A DNA stretch of 64,000 bases from Aplysia californica (Eukaryota): the NCBI RefSeq assembly GCF_000002075.1, contig NW_004797328.1, positions 1,823,241 to 1,887,240 of the forward strand, given 5' to 3'. A program made the position numbers and the translations under genes. Under the pieces are notes generated by a model that made no database searches, was not told where the DNA came from, and saw only the letters and a program-made list of their open reading frames with translations. Below are positions 44,801 through 56,005 of the stretch, piece by piece (the first letter of the stretch is position 1; each line of letters begins with the position of its first letter).

Positions 44801-46418
44801 AAACCTGACAAGAGAAAAGAAAGGTAGGTCGCTGGATCCCACTGTTTCCCTGATGCTTGCACTGTATGCTTCATGGGAAGCCAAGAAGTTTCAGAGTGTT
44901 CTGGAGTCATTTGGGGTAATGATATAGATTGTAAAGCACGAAGAGCATGCTGTTGAGCGGTGATGTGTGCCACATAATGTTAATTATTAGGCCTCCGTAT
45001 TTATTATTATCATTGCAGAATAGAATTCGTCAGGGAGATTGAAAAAAAAGTTGGTTCTCAGGTGGGCTAGATGCTTATACAGCTTGTTCTTAGAGAACAC
45101 CAGACTTCAGTTCTGATTTTTAACCAGAAAATTATTTCCCAAGTGGTGAGCCTGAGCTGTCTTGCTTTATCAAATTACAAATCAAAAGTCAAGACGATAT
45201 CTTTTAATTTGACTGTATTTCTTTTGTTCCCCCTCACAGACAGCTGGTTTTCCATCATCGCCAAAGTCTGTCGGAGCAGCTGCGGGAGGAGACTGACCCC
45301 GCAATGACCCTTCACCTCTGTGTGGTCGTCTTGTTCCAGACGGTGACCCAATGCATGCTTCACGCCCCGGGCCGCCTGGTCCCAACCATCTTGCAGTTCC
45401 TGACCACACATTTAGAGGCCGACAAACTAGAGGTTTTGACCCAGATGCAAGGTCAGTTGGTTAAAGGTTATTGCCAGACATTATTCACAGCTTAATTTTG
45501 TTGTGGCTTAAAATGTGAGTTTGAAGTTCTGGATGGGAATGCCTAGTATTCGGACATCTAACAAAATTGCCAATTTGTGGAATGGCAGTAACCTTGCTGG
45601 CCAGGTTTCTTCACTGCTTTGACTGTGTCCAGTCTGACTCACGTGTGCAAACCAAGCTTTGTCGAGGTAACTGTAGGGTCTGTAACAGCTGTTTGCCACT
45701 CACCAGAAGGGAGGGTAATTCTGTTGCTCATCAAGGCCAGAGGGCTAGATGTAGACGTCTTGATATTTGGATGCAAAGCAGCCAGTCTGGTTTTCCCCGT
45801 GGCCTGTTATTACCCTGATCATACAGACTGGACCAGTCAGATCAGTCTACTGTTGCCAAGTTGTTCAAATTCACCAAGCCCAGATGGCGAAATTTTTCCG
45901 GAGAAAGAAACTATTTCATTATTTTAACAATTGTACGCAGATTATGTATTTTTCCTGGTTTTTTTTTTTTACATTTAGAATTTTAGTTTAGTTCAGCAAG
46001 AGTTTTACGGCACTCGCAACTTCATAAGGACTTAGAATTTGAATTTCGACTAAATGTTTATTGAGCGTACACAGATTAAGAAATTGCTATTTAAAATTTT
46101 TTTGTAAATCTAGGGCTTAACACAGTTTAACAGCTGGCTGACAGTAGGCCTACATTCCCAGACCTTCCCACAAGTCACTGTTGTCTTACAAGTAACACTA
46201 AGTCCTCGGCTCAAACTCTACCGTCTCTCTTTCTCAGTTTTGTTTTGTTTTTCTCTCTTCCAGACCTCGTAGTCCGACATGCCAAGCTGAAGGCCGATCC
46301 CGACGGAGAAAATCTGCCCGAGTTCAAAGACGTGGCCAACTCCATGACTGTTTTGTTAGGCAAGGTCAAGGACATTGCCCTGAACACAAAGAAAACCACA
46401 AGCACAGCCGATGATTGA
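26748..46418 (+). CDS. UFL1: E3 UFM1-protein ligase 1, 789 aa
   Basis: Exons 26748-26812, 31798-31943, 33045-33286, 33761-33891, 34592-34650, 35131-35277, 36485-36660, 37390-37560, 38521-38665, 39411-39592, 40507-40580, 41956-42110, 42938-43074, 44651-44823, 45240-45451, 46264-46418. Phases are compatible, total 2370 nt. Motifs LAAEFQxxQL/[69 protein letters not shown]. Exon 1 is the least certain because its donor is atypical. Confidence 0.93.
28036..28692. mobile_element. piggyBac-like MITE in UFL1 intron 1
   Basis: TTAA|CCCTTAGAGCGCTGA ... TCAGCACTCTAAGGG|TTAA. Subterminal palindromes TCGCGACC.G.GGTCGC.ATCAGCACT occur twice. Confidence 0.85.
28835..30025 (-). mobile_element. 1.19-kb hAT-like non-autonomous element with 7-bp TSD, copy 2 (inverted relative to copy 1)
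   Basis: Colinear reverse complement of 24101-25281. Termini TAGCAATGCTAAT / ATTGGCATTGCCA. TSD ACTTAGA (28828-28834, 30026-30032). Confidence 0.85.
31075..31322 (-). mobile_element. SINE family 1, truncated copy
   Basis: Matches 22155-22503 (GAGATTTTTCGC...TCCGAGAAGGCTAGGTGTAGAT...GAGAGCCCCC) with internal deletions. Confidence 0.7.
32283..32990. mobile_element. piggyBac-like element (imperfect TIRs)
   Basis: TTAA|CCCCTTCAATGCTGC ... GCTGCTGTGAAGAGG|TTAA. Confidence 0.5.
35343..35534. mobile_element. Tigger/pogo-like MITE
   Basis: TA|CAGTTGAAC...AATTATGACTG|TA. Related fragments at ~33645-33725, ~34350-34437 and ~40650-40780. Confidence 0.55.
36750..36985. repeat. Minisatellite, ~39-bp unit, ~6 copies
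   Basis: GTTAGGATAGTCTTGTATGTCTACCATTGTATGGGTAAG-like unit repeated. Confidence 0.8.
38768..38834. repeat. (CA)n microsatellite
   Basis: Direct reading. Other (CA)n/(CT)n tracts at 21022-21080, 49958-50103, 54936-55131 and 61240-61303. Confidence 0.95.
41715..41955. repeat. Pyrimidine-rich minisatellite, ~39-bp unit, ~6 copies, ending at the UFL1 exon 12 acceptor
   Basis: TCTTATTGA.ATTTCTTT.TCTTTCCTTCCATCTGTCTG-like unit repeated. Confidence 0.75.
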
Positions 46419-47822
46419 TGCGATGATAGTGCCCGATTTATATGTCGTTGTCCAACAGGGATTTATTATGGAAAGTTTATGATGTGACAAAACTGTCAAA
46501 TGATACTTAGTGATAAGGCATTATAACAGTTGTGCAAACATGTGGATACATAGGCAGTTTTATCAGAGGTCAAAATGTTCTTATCAGACAAAAAGATAAA
46601 GATTCTGCTTGTGTTGGTTTTGAAACTGATCAAAACAGGGTTTTTTTAATTTCACCATGTAATGGTAGGTTTTAAAAAAATTGTTTTATGGAATAATAAA
46701 AGAAGNNNNNNNNNNNNNNNNNNNNNNNNNNNNNNNNNNNNNNNNNNNNNNNNNNNNNNNNNNNNNNNNNNNNNNNNNNNNNNNNNNNNNNNNNNNNNNN
46801 NNNNNNNNNNNNNNNNNNNNNNNNNNNNNNNNNNNNNNNNNNNNNNNNNNNNNNNNNNNNNNNNNNNNNNNNNNNNNNNNNNNNNNNNNNNNNNNNNNNN
46901 NNNNNNNNNNNNNNNNCCCCCTTCTTCCCACTCTCTTTATCAACACATTTTCCGTAGAAGTTAGACATTCCCACTGAGTTACAGTACAGTTGGCAACATT
47001 GCCCCACCTTGCCTGCCATGCGAATCCTGTCCCGTTGATGACACCCCTGTTTTTCAGCATGCTGTTCTCCCTATTCCTGATGTCAATTTTGTTTTGCATT
47101 TTTGTTCCAGGAAAACTTTCATTTACTCTATTTCAGTGGCAACAGAGATTTTTTGCAAATGACTTTCTCAGATGTACACGTTGCTTTACAATGTAAACCC
47201 AACGTGGAGAATCTTTTTTGGGCTTGATTGTGCTCCAAAGTTTCATGCCCATGTTTTTGTCTGTCTTGATCCTAGTGTTCAACTGCACTGTACACAAATG
47301 TGGGATGGTCCATGGTGGGGGCACATAATGAGGAGACCTTGTGGCAGGGTGATTAAACCTCCACCTCATAATGACTCCCGAATGTACAAAATTTCTATGA
47401 TGTATTCTTCTGTGAGTTTTGGTTCAAATGTTTGGTTTTGGGGTAGACAAAAATTGTAAAATTTTATAGAAAATAAAGAATTGTATGAGAGACACTGAGA
47501 GTCACCGAGTGTTCGACTGTTTTTTATTCTCTTTGTTTGGTAAATAATTAGACAAGACTTTATTTTAGTAAATCCTTTACAGTTTGGAGAAAAGTGTTTG
47601 GTTAACTTATTGATAAACTCAAACCAATGGGTGACAAGGAAACACCAAGATGTCGGGATTTTTTTTTTAGATCGTTTGAGCGGAGAAATCAATGGAGAAC
47701 CATGATCGTTGACATGTGTATCAGTTCTGACACGTTTGGATGGTGAGGAATCTGTTAATGACTTTGTATTGTGCCAGTTGGAGTGCGGGATCAGTTGTTC
47801 ATCATTGGGCGATGTTGGTCTC

Positions 47823-50000
47823 TCACATATCCTGGAAATAATCTGAAATGGCGTTTGTAAAATTTATGGGTTAGTTATTGCTCCCTGTCATGATAATATT
47901 GTTTTGACGCTCTGTTGAACGAGGACTTTTATTCGACATTGCGTAGGATCATGTGCGCTCCCATGCTCAAACTAACTCATACTCGCACTCATGCACACAC
48001 ACACACGCAAGCGCACGCACTAAGACGGGCTAAGCAACACACATTATTGACAGGCACGCATGCACGGAACTAGCCCATGGCACTGGTATCTTGCCTGTCA
48101 ACACTTGCAGATAATGGACAGAGTTTAAGATACATGTACATGATGTATTCCCTACTGTTCCGTTCCTCTCCTGATGAGGAGAGAATATACTGTGCACTGT
48201 ACAGTAGCTGCGGCTATCAAGAGAAGCTATCTTGTGAAATGCGACCTTGAAAAAATGTCTTATTTGACCCAGTATAAGTCGTGTCAGTATCTGGGTTCAA
48301 TGAGCACACTGCTATTTCACCAATGATTTTCTATTCAGTATTCAGAAGTTTACCATCCTTTTATCAATGTATTCCGTGGTACCATCCTTCTACCCAGTGT
48401 CAAACATATTGAATGTGAATGGTAGGCGGGTACTTTAATATTATAGCTTGGTCCAATGTCTGTCATCCGTATCATCCTCTTTCTTTTCTTTGTATGATAC
48501 TCTCTTAAAAACATGTGCATTCTTCGGCACTTTACGATCTTTTTGTGTTGCAAGTGCCGTAAAACACTTACTAAAGCTTAAGTTAACTCAAACACTCACC
48601 TTTGTTCTTGTCAGCACATTCCTTGAGGGCATCGGCAGCTTTCTGGCAGTATGACACGTCATCGGCGTAGCTAGATGGTGAAGAGGCGGAGAAGTATTTT
48701 TTGTTTTAGTAGAGGTTTTACGGCACTCGCAACTGCATAATGTAATATGAGCGCCAGAAGATTAGATGTGTTACATGAGAGTAACAAACATAAAAAAGAA
48801 TGAGGGGAGATAAGGACGATAGATGTTTGATAGGAAAGAAGGAGCAAACCACACCAGAGCACCCGCCAACCACCCAGGGAGAAGTGTGGAAAGGGGTAAA
48901 TTCATTGGGAAATGAAGAAAAATCTTGTTTGAGTGAAGAGAAGCACGCCGACGAAATGACAGTCATTTTTAGTGCAGGGGAAACGTTAAGTACACAAAAA
49001 GAAAAAAAGGGGTGAAAGGAAGTAGGATCTAACCATCACAGAGGATATAGAGTCAAGAGTCATGTAGGTTGCACTCAACATTATCTTCCTCCTGGGCACA
49101 TTATGTTTTTGTACCGCTGTGTCTACTCACAGGGCTGGGGCTCTTGTGGTCTTGAGGTTACAGTTTCAGTCTTTGCCTCTCATTCAATTATCAATATGTC
49201 CTGGGCTCGAAACCTGACAGCAACGGAATATTTTCTTCTCTAAATTAACTTTGTCCTTTCAATTTTCATGCTCTCTAATCATGTTCTGTCGTCTGCTCTC
49301 ATCTCCACTTTCTGCTCCCCCTTCCCTGGGCTCTTTCTGCAGCCTTTCTAGGGCTATTCTTTGGCTCCTCTAAACCTAGCCTTCTTGGATAAGGGCGAAA
49401 AATCTCGGAGGTCCCATGTGTAAGTTGTGCACCTTAAAGATCCCTTGGTGGTCCTGAAATCGATAAGAGTAGGCTTCAGCCGCCACCCGGGCAAAATTCT
49501 AAATTAATTCATACCAAATTGTAAATGTTTAATGTGTCCCGCACGCTCATGATCATACTCATATGAGCTGTGAGCACCGCAAAACACTTACCAAAAAACA
49601 AACAAACCAGAAAAGGCAAAAACAAACAAAGAAACAAAAAAACCCTCACCGGGCACAGGCCAAGAAGACGTCCAGCTCCCTGCTGCAGGGGTTCCTGTCC
49701 GGCCCGTCGTCCACGTACTGACCGGTGTCTGGGTCACGGCCCTGGAACATCCGCGACGAGATGGCGTTCCCCAGGACGCTGCCCTGAGGAGAGACGTCAT
49801 CAGGCATTGGTAAGGGGGGAGTGACGTAATCAGGTTTTGGTTTGGGTGGAGGCAGTGACGTAATAAGGTGTTGGTGGAGGGACGTAGATCTAATCAGGCA
49901 TGGGTAGTAGAACAAGAGTTTCAAAATCAAATAATCTGTTACTAATCAAAGAGAAGCACGCACGCGCGCGCGCACGCACACACACACACACAAACACGCG

Positions 50001-50037
<37 letters not shown>

Positions 50038-53000
50038 ATAAACACACTCACCCACACACACAAGGAAAGAGAGGGAGGGCAGAGAGAGAGAGAGAGAGAG
50101 AGAGCAAAGGTCATTAATTTTTCGGGTAGAGACGTCAAAGATGCACAGTTTATTGTGCAAAAACGGGAAAGTGTTTGTGTGTGTGTGGGGGGGGGGGGGG
50201 GGGGGGAGACTGTCCACCATATAATATGTGTTAGTTAACAAAAGTTCAGTCGAATAACTCTTTCCTTGATTCCTCTTTCGTCTTGTCTGAGCTTAATTTT
50301 ACACCCAGCTTTGAGGAAAAGGGGAGGGTAATGCTTATCCTAATTGTTTTAGTTTTTGTTCGGTTTTCTTTTTTTTTTCTTTTTTTTTTTTGGGGGGGGG
50401 GGCTATGCTTTTTAATTTTTAATGTTTTTTTCCGGGGGGGGGGGGTTCTTCAGATAAAGATTATAGTAGTTGTTCACACTATTTTATATCATTTAGGGGT
50501 GGGCTTCTACCCTGCCGGCTTGGGTTAACCAAGGTCATCTTCGGCACATATAGCCTATTCGCATTGCAAGTGCCTTAAAATTATAACTCAAGCTAAACTA
50601 AAAACGGCATGTGTAGCTCTAGCAGTATATTACACAAACGATGGTCTGATGAACACGTCAGAATTGTTGAAAAGATGTATACACTCACCAGAGCCGAGCC
50701 AATGAACGATCCAGCTATAACCCCGCCTATCCCCGCCCCGCCCCCTCTTGGTGGGGTGTAGGGGGCGGGGCGTCGAGGGGGCGGTGGCCGCCGTGGTGGA
50801 GGAGGCGTTGGTCGCTGGGACCGTCTGGGCGGGGAGGGCGATCTGTGAGGATGGAGAAGTCATGTGTGTTTTTGAAATACAGTAATATGTAACAAATTCC
50901 ACTCTATTGATCCCATTGGGAAATTTATTAAATTATAGGCTTACATAAATACACAAACATTAATCACCATCATCATCATCAATGCCTTTCACCCCTGGCA
51001 GGGTATAGGCCACATATACAAGCTTCTTCCATAAGTTCCATCTATCTCTGTCCTGGGCCTTATTTCCAAGCTCGTTCCAAGTGAGCATCATCTCTCTCAT
51101 GTTCCTTCCCATACATCTCCTCGTTTCCCGTGGCCTACGCCTGCCTCGTGCTCCCTGTGGGTTCCACAGCAGGGACTGTTTTGTGATGTTTCCCCTGGGC
51201 TTTCTGAGAGTGTGTCCCATCTATCGCCACTTTCTTAGTCCTATTTTTACTTCTCTTTAGTCCTGTCCTTTCCCACAGCTCTTCATTTCTTATTCAATCC
51301 TTCCTCTTAAGTCATCTCCTGATGAAAGTCTGGACTTTATTCTGTACTATCTTTGTTGTCTTCCAAGTTTCGCAGCCGAAGAGGAGCACAAACTTGACAT
51401 TGGAGTTAAAGAAACGAGTCGAATCTTGGTGCGCAGTGAGATGTTGCTTGCTTTGCAGACTTTTGCTAATGATTGAATGCTGACAATGCCTTGGCAGTTC
51501 TTGCTTTTACATCTGCCCCGGTTCCACCTTTATTATCGATGACACTTGCGGGGTAGATAAAGGAGCCCACTTCTTCCAGGACTTGCCAGGATGTAAACAT
51601 AGGCCAACACTCCTTGATTGGCTTTTGAGCTCCTTGGTCTTTTCTTGCATCAGAGCATGTGTGCGAGAGAGCAGTGCAAGATCATCGGTGAAGTCTAAGT
51701 CGTCCAGCTGCTGCCAAGGGGTCCACTGTATTCCATTACGCTTGCCTCAAGTGGCTTCTTTCACGACCCAGTCAATTGCCAGTATGAAGAAAAAAGGTGA
51801 GAGCAAGCATCCTTATCTCACTTCTGTCTGTACCCGGAATGGTTCTAAGAGTTGTCCTTCATAGAAGATTTGGCAAACCTTCACAAGATTGGCAATTTTG
51901 TAAGGTATTCCTTAATGCCGCATGAATGTCCAAAGAGTTTCCCTGTCCATGCTGTCAAATGACTTTTCATAATCAATGAAGTTGACCACAAGTGGTGAAT
52001 TTCATTTAATCGATTGCTCAACCACGATGCACAGAGTAGTGATCTGGTCCACACATGATCAGTTCTTGCAGAATCCTGCCTGGTTTCCTCGGAGCTTCTC
52101 ATCTGTTGTCAGCTTGATTCTCTCCAGGAGTATCATGTAAAAGACTTTCCCAGGTATGGAAAGGAGGGAAATGCCTCTGTAGTTGTAACCATTGCTAAGG
52201 TCTCCCTTCTTTAGAAGCTTGATTATGGGACCTACCTTCCAGTCTGGTGGTATTTCTGCTCTTGTCAAACCTTTTCAAATACTGTAGAGCATCGGCCGCC
52301 ACCTGGGCAAAATTCAAAATCTCCTACCAACTGAAAACGTTTAATGTGTTCCGTGCGCTCATCATATGACCTTATGCAGTTGCGAGTGCCGTAAAACACT
52401 TGCAAAAACAAAAAAGAACATTGAGAATTTCTACTGATGTATCTTTATCTATTTTATGGCTTCTGGTGGTATATGGTCAGGACCAGCTGCCTTGTGGGAC
52501 TTAGTGATGCTTTAGCTGCAGCAATTTCCTTTCTCGATAGTGGTTCCTTAACTCTTGTGAAACGCTTCTAATCTTCTGCATTTATATAACCTTATTGTGT
52601 TGAAAGTGTCGTAAAACTTTTGCTAAAACTAAAATTAATGGGTTTCGGTGCTAATGGCCATTGTTCGATTCTTCTTTTAGTTTTCGACATTCTAATCTTT
52701 GAGTAAGCCTACTGTGTTCTTTTGATTTCATTATACTCCCTTATCACCGCTCTAAGATCATGTAAAAGGCGAGTTCTCAGAATTTATCCTACCCCTCAGA
52801 GCCACCTAGGCCCTACCCATGTAGATAGAGAGTCTCGCACCCGCCCCCCCCCCTTTCCCTCCAACCCCCGAAAAATAAGTCCAGAAAAGTTCCACTGAGG
52901 GGTTGATAAGTCCAACCAGGGCCTTTAACACAATGGTCCAACATTTCTTTCTTTCTTTTCTTTCTTTCTTTCCTTCTTTCTTTCAAACACAGAAAAGGAG

Positions 53001-54723
53001 GAGGAATGATAAGGACGATAGATATTTGATAGGAAAGAAGGAGCAAATCACACTAGAGCACCCGCCAACCACGTCCTATGGAANNNNNNNNNNNNNNNNN
53101 NNNNNNNNNNNNNNNNNNNNNNNNNNNNNNNNNNNNNNNNNNNNNNNNNNNNNNNNNNNNNNNNNNNNNNNNNNNNNNNNNNNNNNNNNNNNNNNNNNNN
53201 NNNNNNNNNNNNNNNNGAAACCCATAAGCGATATATTATACATGCATTGTGTGTATAACATACACTGATGTAGGAACCCTTTAGCGACATACTGTGTAAT
53301 ATACAAAATACGTTACAAGTATTCATATAACCTTAGAGCATGCATAACAATTACATTGAGTATGTATGAACCTTAAGATTATTTTTGTTTATAATACTGT
53401 TCATTTATATTAGGCANNNNNNNNNNNNNNNNNNNNNNNNNNNNNNNNNNNNNNNNNNNNNNNNNNNNNNNNNNNNNNNNNNNNNNNNNNNNNNNNNNNN
53501 NNNNNNNNNNNNNNNNNNNNNNNNNNNNNNNNNNNNNNNNNNNNNNNNNNNNNNNNNNNNNNNNNNNNNNNNNNNNNNNNNNNNNNAGAAGAATCTTATC
53601 TTAAACTGATATAGGAACCCGTTAACGATGTTATACATAAATATATAATATAACATAAACTGACATAGGAGCCCAGTAGTGTAGCGATATACTATGTATT
53701 ATATTATATGTAACATAAACTGGCACAGGAACCCAGTAGCGATATACTATGTATAACATAAACTGACAATAAACGGAGCTAGAAGTTGTAATCCAACAGT
53801 TTGGAGTCGTTAACTTGCTCCTCTGATGCATACCCTTCACTGACGCGTTGAGATTATGCCCATCACTAGCAGTTTAAGTGTGGGTGGGTGGCAGGTGATA
53901 CGGTGTGGTTTGCTCTTTCTTTCCTATCAAACATCTACGTATAATCATCTTTATCTCTCTCCTTTTTTGTGCGTTACTATCTTGCAACACATCTAATCTC
54001 GGGTAGGCTACTTATGTATTATTATTATGATATTGTGTTGCAAGTGCTGTAAAATTCACTCTAAAACTTTAAAGTAAACATTTTAACATGTCCAACACAA
54101 CTCCTTGAGATTATGATCTATCTTGGAACCCAAACCGGACGCTTTTTCGTTCCTCCCCGTCAAATAAAAGGTGGTCTGTTCAGTGTTGTGAGTCCTATAT
54201 AATTATAATTTTACATAATATGATTAATAATTTGTAGGCCTCCTATTTTTGGCGCTGTTAAGAGCAAACTTTAGTCTGCTTGGTATACTGAACCAACTGG
54301 CGTCTGTAGTAGGCTATAGAGATTAGGTGTTTTGCCATCATAGGCATGAGACCCGTTTTCGATTCCCGGGTGAAGAAATTTTTTGTCGAATATCTCGGTC
54401 TTTCACAGGCTGAGATGTAGATCCAGATCTAGATATCTAGATCTAGATGAACTAGATATAGATATAGATCTAGATCTAGATCTAGATCTAGATCTATATC
54501 TAGTATCCCTTTTACTTTTTTACTTTTAGTCTACGTTGGTCCTGACAGGCAGGGTTAAAGTTTAAAGCCGCTTCTTAAATGATCTAAATTGTGTCGATGA
54601 GGGTGTAAAAGCTCTTATATTTTAAAAGAAATGATTTCAGAGATTTCGTCTGTCACTGCCAACGCAAGGTTTCCACTACCTGCCAAATCCTCGCCCACCT
54701 CCGAACCCCCGGCCTCTCGGCAT
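47823..54723 (-). CDS. CHCHD2/CHCHD10 (Mix17)-like twin-CX9C mitochondrial protein, copy A, ~140 aa
   Basis: Exons 54723-54680, 50842-50689, 49783-49650, 48670-48600, 47842-47823 (last exon less certain). All GT-AG and in phase. Protein: MPRGRGFGGGRGFGRSPSPPRRSQRPTPPPPRRPPPPRRPAPYTPPRGGGAGIGGVIAGSFIGSALGSVLGNAISSRMFQGRDPDTGQYVDDGPDRNPCSRELDVFLACARYADDVSYCQKAADALKECADKNKDYFQDM*. MPRG start, Arg/Pro-rich N-terminus, GxxxG hydrophobic helix and C-terminal PCxxELxxFLxCA...CX9C match the CHCHD2/10 architecture. Confidence 0.85.
49137..49592 (+). mobile_element. SINE family 1 copy
   Basis: Reverse complement of 21981-22503 (head GGGGCTCTTGTGG, core TTAAAGATCCCTTGGTGG...GATAAGAGTAGGCTTC). Confidence 0.75.
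50968..52275 (-). mobile_element. Degraded RTE-clade LINE RT with (TGA)n tail
   Basis: IPPDWKVGPIIKLLKKGDLSNGYNYRGISLLSIPGKVF, LRGNQAGF, LDFTDDLALL, GHTLRKP...WNPQGARGR, AQDRDRW. Many stops and frameshifts. Confidence 0.9.
53218..53770. repeat. AT-rich minisatellite interrupted by gaps
   Basis: Repeated ATAACATAAACTGA.ATAGGAACCC..TAGCGATATACTATGT unit. Confidence 0.65.
54416..54504. repeat. (TAGATC)n self-complementary microsatellite
   Basis: Direct reading. Similar arrays at ~1360-1390, 20850-20900, 25402-25465, 32735-32752, 43868-43890, 44129-44165 and 63395-63800. Confidence 0.9.
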
Positions 54724-54745
54724 TGCCCTTGTGTCTGTAATGGAA

Positions 54746-54754
54746 CCGGAAGTG
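54746..54754. promoter_or_regulatory. ETS/GABPA-type motif CCGGAAGTG just upstream of the copy A start codon
   Basis: Perfect consensus about 25 nt upstream of the ATG at 54723. Common in promoters of nuclear-encoded mitochondrial genes. Function not shown. Confidence 0.4.
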
Positions 54755-54982
54755 TTTGGTAAAAGTTCTCAAAAGCGTCGACCTAAGGAAATGTGCGTGG
54801 TGCTGAATGGTTCAGACTTAAAAGTAGACTTCCTAACCTTTACTTAGAAGTAGAAGTAGAAGACCATCTCCTCAAGGAAAAACTGTGTTAATCTCACTCC
54901 AAGTATGGTTTAGCCTGTTCACCTCACCCCCCCCCCTCTCTCTCTCTCTCTCCCCCCCCCTCTCTCCCTCTCTCTCTCTCTC

Positions 54983-55017
<35 letters not shown>

Positions 55018-55058
55018 CGCTCTCTCTCTCTCTCTCTGTATCGCTCTCTCTCTCTGTA

Positions 55059-55134
<76 letters not shown>

Positions 55135-55689
55135 ACTCCCCAAAGGGGTGGGGTTGTATGGGAGTGGGGGCAGGGTCGAGGCGGGAGGGGGGAGTCAGCT
55201 GCTGTTATAGGATGACATTTCTAAAAGATGGATGTGGGGGGTAAGTGCAAGGGATGAGGAACGATAGGAAGAGGTCGTGGCAAAGTGCATGAGGACAAAT
55301 GAAAGATGTGGTAGAAGATGGGGGAGTGATTGAGTGGTAATGGCCTGTCTAGATGTCTGGAGGACGAACACACTTTTTTAAACAAATTAGATCTTTGGTT
55401 TAGATTAGAAGTTATTCAGTCTTTGCTTTGCGAAAAGCGTGGTTAACGCCCGTTTCGTATTGATTAAAAAAAAAGAAAGTAGAAAGAGGGGCTTAAAGGT
55501 AGGAGATCCAGGGGTAGACAAATAGTGAAATGGATGGACATTATGGCATGGACTGGTCTGGGTATAGCAGAATGTGCCACTGCAGCTTGCGACCGTGAAG
55601 GCTGGAGGGTCATTACACGTCAACCTAGATAACACCTACAGGTATGCAGGGTTTTAACAAATGTAAATACATTTACGTAAATGTTTGCT

Positions 55690-56005
55690 CTCCCATTGAT
55701 TGCAACAACTAGAGAGGTATCTCACTTCTAAGCATCACTGGAAAAGCTTTTGCTAGAATCATCCTGAAGCGACTCCAGAAACTAGCAGAAAGAGTCCTAC
55801 CAGAGAGCCAAAGCGGTTTCAGATCAAACCGTTCAAGCATGGACATATTTTATATTCACCAGCTACAAAAAATACAGGGAGCAACAACTGCCATCACATA
55901 CACTACACTGCGTTCATCGATCTGACAAAGGCTTTAGATAGTTTTTAGTTAGTAGATCAGGACTGTGCATGGTTCTAGGAAAAATTGGCTGTTCCCCAAT
56001 ACTTT
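55690..56005 (+). mobile_element. LINE reverse-transcriptase fragment
   Basis: Translates DCNN*RGISLLSITGKAFARIILKRLQKLAERVLPESQSGFRSNRSSMD ... AFIDLTKA. Confidence 0.85.

Noticed and set aside
44294-44884. Longest ORF in the track (196 aa, minus strand)
   Set aside because: Antisense to UFL1 exon 14 plus low-complexity intron; no independent support.
48065-48170. Alternative last coding exon for copy A (acceptor CTCCTCATCAG| near 48170)
   Set aside because: Possible, but the 47842 exon is preferred because its x-Y-F start matches the last exon of copy B. RNA data are needed to decide.
50630-50902. ORF-track translation IALPAQTVPATNASS...
   Set aside because: Wrong frame. The phase-compatible frame gives the Pro/Arg-rich CHCHD-like exon.
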